From positions 930,001 to 994,000 of the forward strand of contig JAYWIR010000031.1 in assembly GCA_036172245.1 (NCBI GenBank): DNA of 64,000 nucleotides, read 5' to 3'. Positions 1 to 14,113 of the stretch are shown here, piece by piece; within the stretch, counting starts at the first letter, position 1, and each line of letters starts with the position of its first letter. The position numbers and the translations under genes were made by a program. The notes beneath the pieces were generated by a model. The model made no database searches. It saw nothing but the letters and a program-made list of their open reading frames with translations, and was not told the origin of the DNA. This DNA is from Raillietiella orientalis. Lineage: Eukaryota.

Positions 1-1769
1 TTTGAATTCAGGAGGGACTTTGAAAGACGAAAACAAGCATTCTCTGTCCAGCATCTTGTTGCCAGCATTCTTCCAGACTGTGAAGCAGAAATCCTTTACT
101 CTTCGACCGCTTTCCACACCACTCGTGAGAGAAAAGTCTTTCGCGGGTTCGAATTCTCTCACTTGCAGTATTTTTGATAAAGCTGTGTTCGGTTGCTGCA
201 GGTTGATTGGGATGCTGTTCGTTTCCTTCTGCCCACGTGCTTTTGACTAAAATAGGGGAAGAGATCCGGATTTCGAGAATGTGGCTCAAGAGACGGACAT
301 GCCTCACTGCGCAGTTGCCAGGGTCACAGAGCGTGGTGGCACCGGGTATCCGAACTGAACTCTGGAAACATAACAGTGCTTGAAATGTCCCCCGATGTTT
401 AATGTGGGAAGCTTGGCAACTTGATTCTTCCACGAATGAGCACATCAGTTATCGCTTTCAAAGCAACGGTGAGAAGAAGAGAGGAAGCCGTGCATGAACG
501 TGTCTATGACAGGCTGCAACATGAGCATTCATCAACTTTCTTGGTCTGCCTACGCTCTGACGAGGTGCACGTCATTTAATTCGTCCATTAATTTGAAGCG
601 TCCGACATCCGCATCTCTTTTCTGGAGAAACAGGAAAAAAAATAAAAGGCAAAGTAACGGTAGTGACCGTTCACCTTGATGTATGATAAATATACACTCG
701 GGGATAAGAACATCAGTGTAGCGGTTTTCTCTTGACGTACATGATTTGTGAGAGCAGCATCTTTCATCTTTTTTTCGGAAAGCTTTTGATGACCACTCAC
801 GGGAGATTTGGTTACTCTTCCTGTTTTCAAGTAATTGTTGTCCAGAAGGAAGGGAGGAAATGAGGCATATTTCCACAAATAAGGAGGAAAACGTGCGTGG
901 ATATCGACAGTAAATCGCATGGTTACGGAAGAGCAGAGTACGTCCCTAAGACCGTCTCTAGGGTGGCAGCTACACGTAACTCTCCGCTCACGAATTCAGA
1001 TTTTTGGATCAAAGATCTCTCAAGTGCATCTGCAACCTCGCCAAATCGTCTTCAAGAGAAGAGGAAAAGATAGAAAAGTGCATCTTTCTCTGCTTCATGA
1101 GGGCGGGTATTCAAAGCTGAGTTCGCTGCCATCAGCCGATTCTTTTAGGTGGGATGTGCAAAATCCGACTGCGTAACAGTATACATCAAAGCCTCCCAGC
1201 CCTTGCTGCATTGACTACACGTCGAGAACAACTGCATCCCCCATTATCATCTTTGCTATTTATATATTATGCATCTTATTTACTCTTGCTTTTATTCATC
1301 TTTTTGAACACAAGGGGGTACACCGGAATTTTCTTGGACCGTCACTGCTCAGCAGGCTAAAATCTTTCTTTTTCTGAATCTTCAAATCAAAGATGCTTAT
1401 GGTTCACCTTTCTTACCTAATATTCAATTTGGGTCTTTTCCTGAGTATCGCTGGCGGAAGTGGTCACTGCAGGGACGCGTTATTCTTTCCGTCAGGTCAT
1501 CCCCGGAGTGCGACGAAAATTTCAGCCTCAGCTGCCGTGTTTTTTTGTTTTTTTTTGCATTCGCTTACATGGACCACCACCACTGAAGGAAGTTGCTGCT
1601 ATCCCACATGAGTTCAAGTCGAAGCATTTCGTCTTCCTCAAAAAGTTACTAGCGATTTCTCCTACATCCTGACTGGAAACAATAAATTCCTTTTCCGAGT
1701 GTTACCATTGGCCTAGGATGACGGAAATCTCTTCTTGGGTTCTTTTGTTTCTCTGTTTTCCTTATAGTA

Positions 1770-2896
1770 TTTTTTTTGGGGGGGGAAGGGGAAGGGGGAA
1801 TTCCTAAGCACTCAAGAACCGTTCGCATCCTTAAGGGAAGTCCACGAAACTCCTTGATACCGTCCATGTCGCCCGAGAGTGCGTGTAACTCTTCAATTTG
1901 AGGGATAGTCTGGTAGGGGATCACCCTATGAATCCAGGAAGGCTCCGGAGGGAGCAGTCTCTCTCACGCTTGGTAGGGAACCCAGAAGGGAGCCATCTCT
2001 TCCTTATGGTCTCCGGAGGGACCATACGGTTTGTGGGAACTCCTCCTCACTTCTTCTCCGAAGGAAACCCAGAAAGGATCCACTCTTGGAATTTCTTCTC
2101 CGGAGAGAGCTCCTGGAAAGATCTGCTTCTTGTTTCCCTCCCTGAAGAGAATCCCTAGGGGACTCTTCCCGATTTCTCTGAAGCGCGCTTTCCCAAAGGG
2201 AGCAGCGCGTTTCTTACACTATGGAGAGGTAACTAGCTCCGGGGTGAGCGATGGAGGGTCCGAGGGAGGGATGACCCCATTTTCACAGCCGGGAAAACCG
2301 GCTCCTTGAGGTCCTGGAAGGACCGCGAAGGGTCAACTTCCAATCCCGGCCAGTCAACGGGGGAATCCAGGGGTTTCCGGCATTCGCCAGTGCCGCACCC
2401 GATGCCTATAGGCGAACCAGCGTCGTCCTTTGGAGGTGACTGGAAACCCACGATGCTCACCCCATTTCTCTGGCGTCGAACCTGCACGTGGGTTTTCGCA
2501 CCTGCAGCGCTCGGTGCCAGGAGGCCGCCAAGGCGGGTAAACTTGTTCTGTGACTCGGGAATCTCATCGTTTCTTTTCTCCACGAGGGGAGCTGTTTCCA
2601 TAGAATCAAATCTCCTCTGGCCTGCCTATCGCCAGTCGTGCTGTGCATCCTTTCCGAGTGCTAGGCGAAACGGATGCACCCGTTTCGATTCCAGGTGTCA
2701 CTGCTTGCCCGCGCCTGTGATCGCGTCCTCAATCACTTTGAGAGATCTCAGAAATCTCATCTGCTGCCTGCATGTGAGAGCAGTCTCAGCTCTGGGGACC
2801 GCAATGCGTCCTGCTGTAAACTCTCAGGGGCACCCAAAGATGCGTTTCTGGAAGATTCAGCAACCATGCATCTTGTCAGACAATTGTAGACGGTGA
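1770..2896 (-). mobile_element. Decayed Tx1/L1-like LINE ORF1 (gag-like) remnant, copy 1 of a 4-copy dispersed repeat
   Basis: The minus-strand translation RFPSHRTSLPALAASWHRALQVRKPTCRFDAREMG resembles a degenerate double CCHC zinc knuckle. Nucleotide blocks such as actcttcaa..caccctatgaatcc..cttggtagggaa and ctgaagagaa recur at ~43840, ~45500-45830 (inverted) and ~51160. Confidence 0.55.
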
Positions 2897-5559
2897 TTCC
2901 AATTTTTCACATGCATATTCGCAACTAATGAAGCTCGTACGTTTCTATGGCTGACCAGCTGAAAGATCAATAGCTGCCTCCTGCATTCCTGTGTTCACTC
3001 TCAGATCAAAGGTCTCCTATGGATTTCTTTGAAGGATAACGATCTGAGAACTAGATAAGGTATTCAGATAATGCATAATTAGAGGATCGAACTCCTCTAA
3101 TGGTCGCGAAGAGTGTTCGATTTTATGTTTCAGCATGATGAGCGGTACTTCAAAATGATCTTCCTCATTGCGCAAGCTTAATTTAGTGGTTTATCTGGGG
3201 TACTTTCTCTCGACAAATTAGCGTGTGTTTCACCACCTTCCTGATCTCTTTCGTAGCTGAGGAAAAAAAACGGAACTAATAAGAGGTTGCAATAACTCAT
3301 GCTTCAATTTGCATTTATATTGGCGCTGCTCAGGAAATGCATCCTTCAAGCATGGAATTTTTCCGCGTTTTTGACACGTTTTCGGGTTTGAATGAGCTTA
3401 CAGAATTGCTCGATGCAGGGGCACTGAACGTTCAGAGTCGTGAGCCTTCACGATTTTTCAAGATCCTAGTGGCAACAGTGACTCCCTCTGTTGCCTTAAA
3501 TCAGCAGCAACCTGAAGGGACAGATTTCTTGTAGGTTGATACTAGGCACTACCGTCCAGCGTCACCATGGATGCTTTTCCTCCGATAGTTCTCTCTCCCT
3601 ACAAATATCTAAATGCTAGGTGGTGATGCTTTTGTAGGATGTCTCGCTGATCTGTCCACCAAAAGCACTCATGTGCTTCCCTGGAAGATATAGCTGCAAC
3701 ATCCCAATTAAGTGTATCCACTGGGACCAGTGGGTGTGGATTCTTACTGTCTCAGGGATGAGATCTTCAATCTGACGGACGCCCGCCTGAGCGAGAAAAA
3801 TCCAAATCAGATAAAATGAGACTCCTCCATACAGCTTTCCTTCTTTCCGCGTGGGAGCTGGGGAACACCCTCCACTGCCAATAAATTTTACGGGCCTCCA
3901 GCAAGCCATTCGTAAAATTCGCTGTCATAAAACACAGTGCAGAATTCCCAGTGGGAGGAAATCGAAACTCTTAGTATGACGTCACCGAATTCCTGAAATT
4001 CGTGAATGAGGCTCATGGATCATTGGGAAATGACTGATAAGTTCAATCATGACATGCAGACTGTGAATTTATGCTGATTTTTGCTGTTTCAAGTTTCTTC
4101 CACTCTTCGATCAGATGATACCATCCTCGGCCGTCCTCCGATCCCTGAAGAACTCGGGAATGTCGCTTTCCTTTAAGAATCTGGTCCGCTTCATCACATG
4201 GCAACCATCCGATCACCTTACCGGCATCGCTTTAAAGATTCCCAAATACCGTCGCCACCCCCCTCAATCGTAGCCCAAATTTGACCAGTCCTTTACTTCG
4301 CCAAGAGTGATGGAGTATCTGATAGAGAGATCTTCGTGCGAGTTCCTTGTTCTTCGAGCAGACTGGGCTTTCCTTCTGCCGGCTCGGGGAATCACGCCCT
4401 CCGGTGTGAATCTGAGGCGTGCGAAAAACTCTGACCCATGGCTGGCAGCCGCGTGGCTGCAGTCTCCGCGAGTGGCACCACGCGTTGCGGGCTCGAATCC
4501 CCAGGTGGAGGACTGACACCGAGCATGGAGGCTGCGTCGTGGGTTTCGAGTCTTCCCTGCAACTCCCTTCGGGGTTACTCCCTAGCTTGAGGAGTTGCTC
4601 GCACCCTCTGATGGCGTGGGCAGCGTTGAAGGGCTTCCTGAGCCCCTCCTAAGGAGGCAAACGGTTCCTCAGCACTTAGCAGACCAAAAAAATAAAGAAA
4701 ACCTGAAAAAAAAAATCTGAGGCGCAAAACGAATTCACAGCGAGAGCTCTTCAGGAAGCTGCCTCGCTCTGTGCTCTCGTCGCTCCCCGGAGAGCTTCGG
4801 GATGCTGGATTCCATCCACCATGGCATTCACTGTCACGAGACGCAGGAATTCTTGAGGGCACTCATCGTCGCAGCAATAATTAGAGCTTCTGCCATCGTC
4901 GTAATCGGAATGTTCCCCGAGAAAGATACAGCGAGTAACAAAAGCCCGAGCGGTCCATTCACGAAGTCATCTGGCAAGATGCAGTTACCCATCAATTATT
5001 CTGAATTGCTCGTTGCAGCTCCGGGTGAAGGGAGGGCGTGTCATTCATCAGGATCGTTTTTGGAAGAGAAACGAAGCTGGCAGAGAGAACTACTCTCAGA
5101 CCAAGTGCTTTCGATCGAATCAGAACGAGGAAGGAACTTTGAAAAAGCGGAATCTGAGATGAAAGAGGGCCTCAAGTGAATTACTGTCACGGGGACCCGG
5201 AGAGCGCCAGGTGCTCTCAATCTCTCGCGTAGCCTTCCTTTGGCATTTATCTCCCCTTAACACCTGTATCATAACCACTGATAATTGCAACTACTAATAA
5301 TGCCTGTATCGTAACTGCCGTATTCAATCTCCATTCGAAAATTTGCGTTGTGTAACGTGAAAGAGATCTAGAAAAGACCCTCCTCACAGCACACCCTCAC
5401 AAGTGAATGAAGAGGAAGTCATCTCACCGGAAGTTTCAGTCCATGAGAGGTTAACTGTAAACTGAGCTCATGAAACGAGATAAGGCTGAGAAAAACCCTC
5501 AAGCGACTACCAAACCGAATGAAGGGCGTGCATTTTTCCAGCGAATGACCAATCCCAGA

Positions 5560-5900
5560 ATTTGTATGTAGCAGAGAAGAATGGTTCGGAGGAAGTGGTA
5601 GTGAAATGCTAAACGGCCTTCTGCACATGCACCTCAATTCCGGAGCTTGGCATTTCCGAATCTTCATGTGGCAGCAACGCCGTGGTTTGCAAGCAAACGT
5701 TTGCCCCCTCACGGGAAACGTTGGCCAGCGCCATTTGCAACGACCTATCTTTAAAAGTCTGTCTTTGGTTGCAATGTCGCCCTCCACGCCAAAGATGCAG
5801 ACATCGCATGCAGGTAGCAGGGGCTAAACCTGGAGAATTGGGAGAGGAGCCTTCGATGGTTCTGCGCACTGCTCCTTGCAACACCGTGGCGTTGGGTTCT
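5560..5900 (-). mobile_element. Degenerate LINE ORF2 C-terminal zf-RVT fragment
   Basis: Minus frames read SLAWRA.. and GDIATKDRLLKIGRCK.., resembling the W..(H)..LPTxDRL..G start of zf-RVT; frameshifted. Confidence 0.4.
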
Positions 5901-7329
5901 CCTCTTAATCGAATCGTTGTTCAGGCACAGGAAGGGGAAAAAAGGTCCAGGCGCTTGAAAAAAATCAAGCCATGAGGCTGAAGATCCAACCTGGAGGCAG
6001 GGACCCCAACATTTCGTTTCATGCAAGCAGTGCTGAAGTTAGCTCCAGCAGGACAAGTTACTGCGTCACTTGTCGGGCATACTGAGGTGCACCCTCAAAC
6101 CACTTGAAAGGTGTTTGTCTGAAGAACTCCAGTGTCATTCAGCTCGCTTCTTGAGGGAGTTTATCCATCTTTAAAATTTCCGCGCTTACTCGTAGGGAGC
6201 TTGTTTCTCTCCGTGATTGATCTTTTCGAACCCTTGGATTTGCAGATGATGAGGTCGCAACAAGGCAGCAACAGAAGCTGAACAGCAAACCTACAATGAC
6301 TTCCAGATGAGATTTTCAAATTCGAATTGCATGGTTTTGACTTCTGGAGAGGAGATTTCTCCCAAAGGGAACATGATTCGTTGTGATGCGGTCCGCACGA
6401 GCGATCGCTTGAGCCCAGAGTTGCCTCTTCCAATTTTTGGAAACGTTCAGAGATGAATGTTTTTTTTCTTTCTTTCTGGAGCTATGCGCCGGATTTCAAA
6501 ATCTGAACTTTGGAATCCCTTTCGGCAATTCGAACCTCAGTTACCAAGTCCAGGCATGATGTAATGGACCACGTTCCTATAGTGGTCTCACTAGAAGTCG
6601 TCAGCTTGATCAAAATCAGTGCCTGTGACGGAGGCTGTTTTCCTCCACGGTGAAAGTATCCTTGGTCGTGATACAATCTGGAAACAAATCCATCTTCCAT
6701 TTAATCTGGAATATAATACAATGCGTGTACAATGGTGTATGCATTTTGTCAGAGACTTCTTGAAGGATACGATAATGGATCAGCAGCCTGAATCTGCTCT
6801 CCGAGTAGGTCTCATTGGTGTTTCACCAATAGAGAGAGGACGAGTTGGAATGTCTTACAGATTTATACACGAAAAACGCATAAGGTAAATACGAAAGATG
6901 GCCCATGCAGAAAGGGAAACAAATAAGACATAGAAGATGAGCACGAAGAAGAAGCCAGGTCGTTAGTTATCATATATGTGACGATGGCCAGATTCTAGCA
7001 TGATGTGATGTCTCCACATCTTCAAGCCGAGAGTAGAGCTTCAAACAAAGATAATAAAAGGTACCTTTCAGAAGTGTCGGGTATGAGAAGAGGATGTCCA
7101 GATATGTGGTCAACTTAATCATACTATACTCGGTAGCGAATAAGAGATTCGTGTTGAAATTCATTATAGAACCGTGGAATGCATCCAAAATCCACCTCGA
7201 AGAGATCGGAGGCTCTAGTAAGGGGAAAAATTTTTTTTGCTTCCACATAGAAATCTGGATCCTCCTGCATTTTCTCCGTGCTTCGAAAGGGAAAGGAAAG
7301 ACGCTTCGATTTGAAGTGAAATTGGCGCC

Positions 7330-7600
7330 TCACGAGTAGCGAATGCGGCCCAGAGATCTGCAGTCCTCCAATCAAAAATGCTGTGACGTGTCTCCAACAT
7401 GTCTCTCCTACCTTTCCTGAGCGACGGCATTTTGTGGGTGCGTTCCCGCCAGGAGGAGCTTTGAGGTGCTGGGAGGCTGCAGAGGACCGTAAGAAGTCTG
7501 GAAAACTTTCCCCGGGAAGTAACCAGGAAATCGACTGAGCGGATCTTTGGCGAAGAAGAAACTTCAAACTTCAGATTGTTCGACTCGCGCATCCAGCGGC
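7330..7600 (-). mobile_element. Degenerate LINE zf-RVT fragment
   Basis: Minus frames read TKCRRSGKVGETCWRH and HSIFDWRTADLWAAF, matching a decayed CxxC..ET..H.F.C....W motif. Confidence 0.4.
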
Positions 7601-9759
7601 CGTTGGGAAGTTGGGCATTTAAGAAACGTCCGTGGCAGTTTCCAAAGACTGATTTTCAAATTGCGCACGTAGAAATTCCACAGCGTAAGCGGGCTAGTAC
7701 AAGCGAGGCGCAGACGACGAAGCAACAGGTGCTTCATCCAAGGATGTGAAAGTGGTTGGCTTTTCAGAATGCAGGTTCACTCCCAGATAAATTCAACCGG
7801 CAGCCCGGATGCTCAACTCCATCCACTTGAAGTGGAGTGGATTCAGGGAAGCAGTCGGGTGATTTCGAGGGTGGAAGAGGCGCTTTGGTTGCCAGGAAAC
7901 CAGTTTTGCGATCAAACGTTCTGTGATATCCTTATGTTCAGTTCGGTGTTTAATCATTTGAGAAATGGTCGAGTGATCAAGCCAAGGAGTGATACGTTAG
8001 CTGTTTGGTACTAATTAAGCTGAGGGAAACAACCCGCGATGCCGATTCGTGAGAGCCGTGACATTCTACGACTTTAGAATACGGAGATCACTGCTACCAT
8101 GTTTTCGTGCTTGTACTCACTTATCTTAGCTATCGTCATCATCTAAGCATGGACTGAAATACTCCATCTGAGAAGTGTTCTGGACTTACTGTTGTAGATG
8201 ATGTCACCATTACTGAGACAGTGAGCGCACTTAGTGTCATGGGATTAATCTCATTGAGGAATGGTGTCATGAGAGATACCGTGGACTTTTAGATGGCCAT
8301 GATGCGGATACTGTGTTTGGCGGGAATGAGAGCTTCAAGCGTGTAGGGAGACTTATATGGTGGCCATGTTTACAAGAAGATCGCAAAAAGGTGCAATTTG
8401 ATGGCCATGTTATTTTTCAGCTTTGGACGTGCTGTTCTCAAGGGTGGTCACTTTATCTCTTTGGATCCAGCCACAACAATGGATTCTACTCCTTCAAATA
8501 TTTCATGTTTAAGATTATTTTAGACATTTGGCTGGTCTGGAGTGATTACTTGTAAAGTTTCTAGGTCTAAAAAGTCTACAAGAGGACTATTCTTTGGTTT
8601 CAAGGAACTGTTTACGCTGTGGTTGGGGTTCTCGTAAAATTTATACATATTTCGTCATCCTGCAGACTTATATAATTCGAGTGATCAAAAACGATGGTTT
8701 CTGGATTAGGCTTGACCACCGAACTGTTTGATACTTCAGATCCAGAGGCACTGGGTAATTTGAAAGAGAAAGCGTTTCGGGAATAATTCAAGTGGGATTC
8801 CTGTGGGCTTTCAATAGAACTGAACCCCTCTTTTAATTTCGACATCACCAAGAGGAGAGTACTTGACCTGGAAAATGAGTTCCCATCAGCTCATTGAGCT
8901 TCCAGTGTTCGCAGCCTTTCCGGTACCCTTTCAGAGAAAGTTGACCAAAACAAGCCTACTCATTCCAGCTTGTAAAACGTTTCGCTAAAGATGTAAAAAA
9001 AACAACCGCAGGTCAATTCCTTCTTTGCATTTCGAAAAGCTCGGTGCAATTCCGTCAGGAAGGAAGGATTAAAATTGCATCTGACCGCAAAGAGCGCTGC
9101 AAACTGAGAACTGAGTAGAATGATCGGAAATTAAGAATCCTGATACGAGGAGCAGCGTGAGCAGTCAGAAAGGGAAATGGCAATTTGAATGACGAGCTAC
9201 GCAGAGATCCCATCCTGTACTATATAAATGAGATGATCTTGACTGGCACCATCGGGAGAGAAAGAAGCAGCAAATTTTAAAATGCACATGCTATCCTGTA
9301 ATGATTCCATAAAAGTGTGATAGATGATGAATTCCACACCAGAGAGAAAAATCAAGATACCCTTTTCCTGAGCCCTGACAATAGACAAGATATCACTTTG
9401 AGAAACACCAGAGCCATATCAAAACTTCTCTGGACTGTCTGGTCTCATGAGGTCTTCATCAGATTTCCATTTGTTTGTTCCGATGAAGAATGCCATTTGA
9501 GAGCAGGTGCTTCCTCAAAGGATGTGGACCTTATGACGAGTTTATTGAGGAAACAACAGCCTTACTCCGACAAAGGTCTCAGAAATCATCTGTCAACACG
9601 GAACACCGACTGTTGTTTCCTGGAATCCGAAAGTTTAGAAAAATATGAAGACTAAGTAGAAAAGCGGGACCAGTAAAGGAGGCCTGCGACCATTACTTCA
9701 TCGAGTTCAACTCTTCAAGTTTAATCTTCCCTTCGCCGCTGCAAGAAAGACCCAACTCC

Positions 9760-10050
9760 TGAGCGGCTGGAAGGTGCACGTGCTGGAGGATGTCGCCGCT
9801 CTGCGAACTTCTTAGTGTCGCTCCTGAAGAGTTCTGTGGTCTCTCCTTTTTGTTTGGGCACCTCAGTATTCCCGATAAACTGGAAGCACGAGGTGCTGCT
9901 GGTTTTGCATCGGAGGGAATCCATTGCAGTCAGCTCTGCCACCTCGTCTCCGAGGCAGCTGCATCTCCGAACGGTTCCAGGTCCAGGTGGACGGAATCGA
10001 TCCTGTTTTCCGTTAGGGAACAGCGTTCCCAACTTGTTCATTTTAATCGA
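9760..10050 (+). mobile_element. Degenerate Tx1-like LINE zf-RVT fragment
   Basis: GTSVFPINWKHEVLLVLH (frameshift) GIHCSQLCHLVSEAAASPNGSRSRWTESIL aligns by eye with DISVFPLRWEEVVMLFLQGGLQCNQGRHLVSGGVASFNCLRCGTKESL at 46894-47097(-). Confidence 0.6.
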
Positions 10051-12019
10051 GTGAAATTGTGGCAGGGTGGTAAAGTTCAGCTCGCCATGAACGTTTGTCA
10101 CGGAGTAAGAAAGAGAAAACAAAACAAAGCTACATGAAAAGTTCCTAGTTTAAGGAATGGGAAAACGACTGCCAAAGTGTAGTAACTGTCAACCCGGACA
10201 GTCTGGGTGAGTGACTTTTTTGCAGCACACTGACTCACTGGAGTGTCATTGAAGTATAAAGAAAGCAAAGTGTGATTAAAAGAGGGGGAACGAAGCTTCG
10301 TTATCTCATTGGCTTGAAAGGGGGAACTCCCAATTTAACTGGAAAAAAGCTCTTGCCATTGATCATTAGCAAGCAATCGCATAAACGTGATATACCGTCT
10401 CACATGCATAAGTGAGATACTGCAGAGGAAGCACTCGGCTGTTCATCTTTCACATATCAGGGCCTTCCCTAATCGTATCCCTGAATTTGTGCATTCTCTT
10501 TCATTGGATACGCCGAAGATGTTGATTTTCTTCTGAACTCAAAATGGAATTTCGTCTTTCCGAACTGAGTTTCAAGAAAATGTTGCCCATGTTCTTCCCG
10601 AGTGGAAAGTCGCTTCTTGTGCAAATGGAGAGAGTACTGCCAACGGGCGCTTCCGGTCCATCTCTAGCAAACCAGTGTCCGAGTTGTTGAAATTGATCGT
10701 GGTACCTTCAGGAATTTGTTTCAAGAGCAGACTCGCCAGTGCGCTTATGATCCTTGGAAAAGGAGAAAATACTTGATGTGATTCTATGGGTTCTCAGGTA
10801 TCCACTGCAATTTAATCAAAGGGTGCACGCATCAATGATAAACATCTTTAAGCAACTGAACTTGCTTTCATAAGAGAGCATTCAAAGTAATAAGGTTTAT
10901 TTGTGATCAGATCATTTTTCTCAGACTTTTCACTGTTACTTGCAAGTAAGACGGGCTACAGATATCTGAGTTTCTCAGATTCATCTAAACCATCATAACC
11001 ATGCTCAATTTTCTGAATGTGCAAAGCTCCCATTTATCTCATCGTTGGCGTCTCTTCATCTCTGTTCATGAGTGAGCTGGAAAAACGATGGTTTTGATAC
11101 CTTTTCTCCTTTCATCTGCAATCTCAGTAAACTGCAACTTCAAAGGAAGAGAATGTGGCTCAAAAGGGAAGAGAACATGTCTGTTTCCATAGTGGACCAT
11201 CTTAAAAATGCGGCCAATATTTATCGACTCTCCACGGAATTTTCAAGTTATCTCTAAGAAATAGTGAGCAGCATCTGAGTGCATAAGCGCGACATGATGA
11301 TTCTTTGTATTTGAAATCAAGATTTCCTTTCGATGAAAACACTCACTTTGCAAAACTCGCGATTCAAATTTTAGCGAGGAAAGTGAAGATATGAAGACGA
11401 AGGAGATATGAAAGTGTTCGCTCCGAACACTTCATGTGACAGTGGCTTATTTTTCCAGTGCACGCTTTCTGCAAGCACAGTGCAATTTCATTCCATTCCA
11501 TTCCCTCATATTCTGTTCCCAGCTGGATGTTCCGAAAATTCAGAGAGGATTTTATCATGCAAAGAGTGTCAGGTTGAAATCTGATTCAGAACCAAATTCC
11601 CAGAATTCTTCCCTCACCAATCCCACGGGCATATACCAGAAATGTTCCAGAAGTGTAGAATCCTGCGGAAATCAGGAACTTTTTTCTTCCTTTGGAAAAG
11701 GAGTGACTGTGTACTCACGTTTCATCTCTGAAGAAGCTGGACTTCATAAGCAGATGTTGCATCCCGGGATACTGTGGAAAGAATTCCTGGGAACCTTTCG
11801 ATCTTTTACACATCCCTGCTGTTCCCGTGGCAGATCATGTTCTCTGCAGTTCAGCCAAATACATTTTCTAGATGAGTTATTAATCCGCATCAATCAGACT
11901 CATATGTGGTCTGTTTCATGTACGGGTATCTTCCACTACCCTGCTGGCATGCGAGTCTCCTATTTGAATCCTGTGACTACTCAGCTTGACTTTTCATTTT
12001 TGGTATCTAATAAAATGTG

Positions 12020-12040
12020 TATATATATATATATATATAT
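12020..12040. repeat. (AT)n microsatellite
   Basis: About 10 perfect TA units. Confidence 0.95.
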
Positions 12041-12949
12041 GAATGTATATATTCGCAAATTCCTGTTTGTCTTTGCATACATAATTTTTGCTTTTAGAAA
12101 ACTCCGACTCCTGTTTGGCTTAGAGTTTCGGGAGTAACCTTTTTTCAATGGACTTAGAGACAAGCTGCCTCTGAAAATATGCTTGCTGAATACACTAATG
12201 TGTCTCAAGGAAAACAAATTCTCCGTTCCACCGTCAGGTTCGATTCTGACAGTTCATATAGTGTCGTCCTTCAACCTACGTTTTTCCTGAGTCCATTGCA
12301 ATGAGGAGTTTTTTCCGCTTTCCACTCGGAAGTCCTTCGAGCTGTGGAGACCAGTGTCAAGAAGAATATTGCCTGGAGATCTGGTTTGTAAAATGCGAAT
12401 TTATCAGATACTGCGAGCATTCTTCATTATTTATTTTGCAGTTTTCATCCCATTCGGAAGCTATGAACCTACAAATGAATTGAAGCGAATTTAAACGAAA
12501 AGGTCGCTTTATTAATGAAGACTACTTTCGTTTTAGGAGCTTAGCTCGAGGCCATCTCTGATCTGCTGTAAGCCTTCTCCCAATTATGCACACGCAATGG
12601 ACACGAAATTAGGGGAAGCATTCGACTGCTACTATTTGTTCTACGAAAAAAAAAAAAAACACGTGGTGTTGGTGTTGCTTCTTACTGCTCGGCGGTTTCC
12701 CTTCTCACACAAAAGTTATCTCGGGAAAGTCAGCGACTAATCATAGCTTCAGAGATTCCAACATTCTCCAACTCTTGATTGATCAGACGTTTTCGAAAAA
12801 TCGTAGGTTCTCAGTTCCAGAAGTGTCGAAGTTGCATCCCTCTTGCAGAAGCGTTCACGAGGCTGTTGAGTCTGTTCTGTCATAAGTCCTACAGATCCCC
12901 CAAAATCACTAAATCCACTAAAATCCTGCATGGTTATTTCAGTGGATTT

Positions 12950-13460
12950 CCTGAGCATCCCGAGCGATGTTCCAAATGGGAATCTGAAAATCAAATAGGA
13001 ATCTGATCTGCTGTCCGATTATCATCCAATCGAAGAAATTCCAAGTTCCAAGCTGCAATCGAAAATCATTATCATTATTTTCTTCCCGAAGCTTTTTCCG
13101 ACGCCTTAAAAATTCCCTCACCGTTGCGTTTGAGCTGCTCGTTTTGTACAATTTCTTCCTGTGTCTGGAAAACATGCAGGACAGGATTTTTCAAGGAAAA
13201 GTTCAAGTGGGATTTCCTTTTGATGACACCGGCTCTGTGGCCGAACTTCATTGCGCTCAAACTTCATTCGATTGGTGTTTTTGTTCTATTGGTGCCGATA
13301 TCAGCTATTCGATTCAAAAAATCGAACCCGACGGGCGTTTCGAATTTCGTTGGAATGCACTGGATAAAGACAAAATGGTACAAGATCTCCAGTACACTCT
13401 GCAAATAAGAATTCATTGGCGACTCACTAAGTGTAATCCCAAGTGCTCTCCTAAAGTGAT
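12950..13460 (-). mobile_element. Decayed Mutator-like (MULE) transposase C-terminal fragment
   Basis: The minus frame LYHFVFIQCIP..FLNRIADIGTNRTKTPIE*..HRAGVIKRKSHLNFS..FQTQEE followed by RRRKK resembles the R-T-N-N-x-x-E..H..HPN..EE tail of animal MULE transposases; it contains stops. Confidence 0.4.
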
Positions 13461-14088
13461 TCAATAGATTTTATAGATTCGAAAAAGGATAAGAAAGAAA
13501 TACAGCCTTCCCGTACCTTTTTTGCATTCTTCATAAAAATAATTCAGGAAAGAAGTTGGGATTTGAGTATTTCAAAGCTCCTCTGAAAGTGGCATTCAAC
13601 TCTCAAATCGGAATCACAAGAAAGGGACACATTATTTGTGCACATATTCTTCCACAAAAATGCAATTTATTTCATTTTCTATATCTGCCCACTAACTCAA
13701 TCGAGATTCAATGGACATATGATTTCTTGACCTTTTTGATCCACCTTCTTTGTATCACTTTTCAAATGTGACACTGGCACGGTTTGCGAATGGTATTTTA
13801 ACCGACTCGACTTTTCTGGTCCCCTCTGTTTCTTTCCCACAACCCATTATTCGAGAATGCATGCGCCCATGGAATTCATCCTTCTCTTCAGGTCATCCCT
13901 CAGTAGCCTAGACTAGCAACTCACTTTTGAGAAGATCCATCTCCATCTTAATCTCCGTATTCGCCGAGGCCAGAAAGTTCTGGCATCTGTTCGAAGCAAT
14001 CCAGGCAACTGCTGCTTTGATAAGAACAGGCTATTTCAATTTACTCTTCCTGCTGTACTTGAGGTATTTTTTGATGGTAAAAATCAGT

Positions 14089-14113
14089 AGAGAGAGAGAG
14101 AGAGAGAGAGAGA
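14089..14113. repeat. (AG)n microsatellite
   Basis: About 12 perfect AG units. Confidence 0.95.
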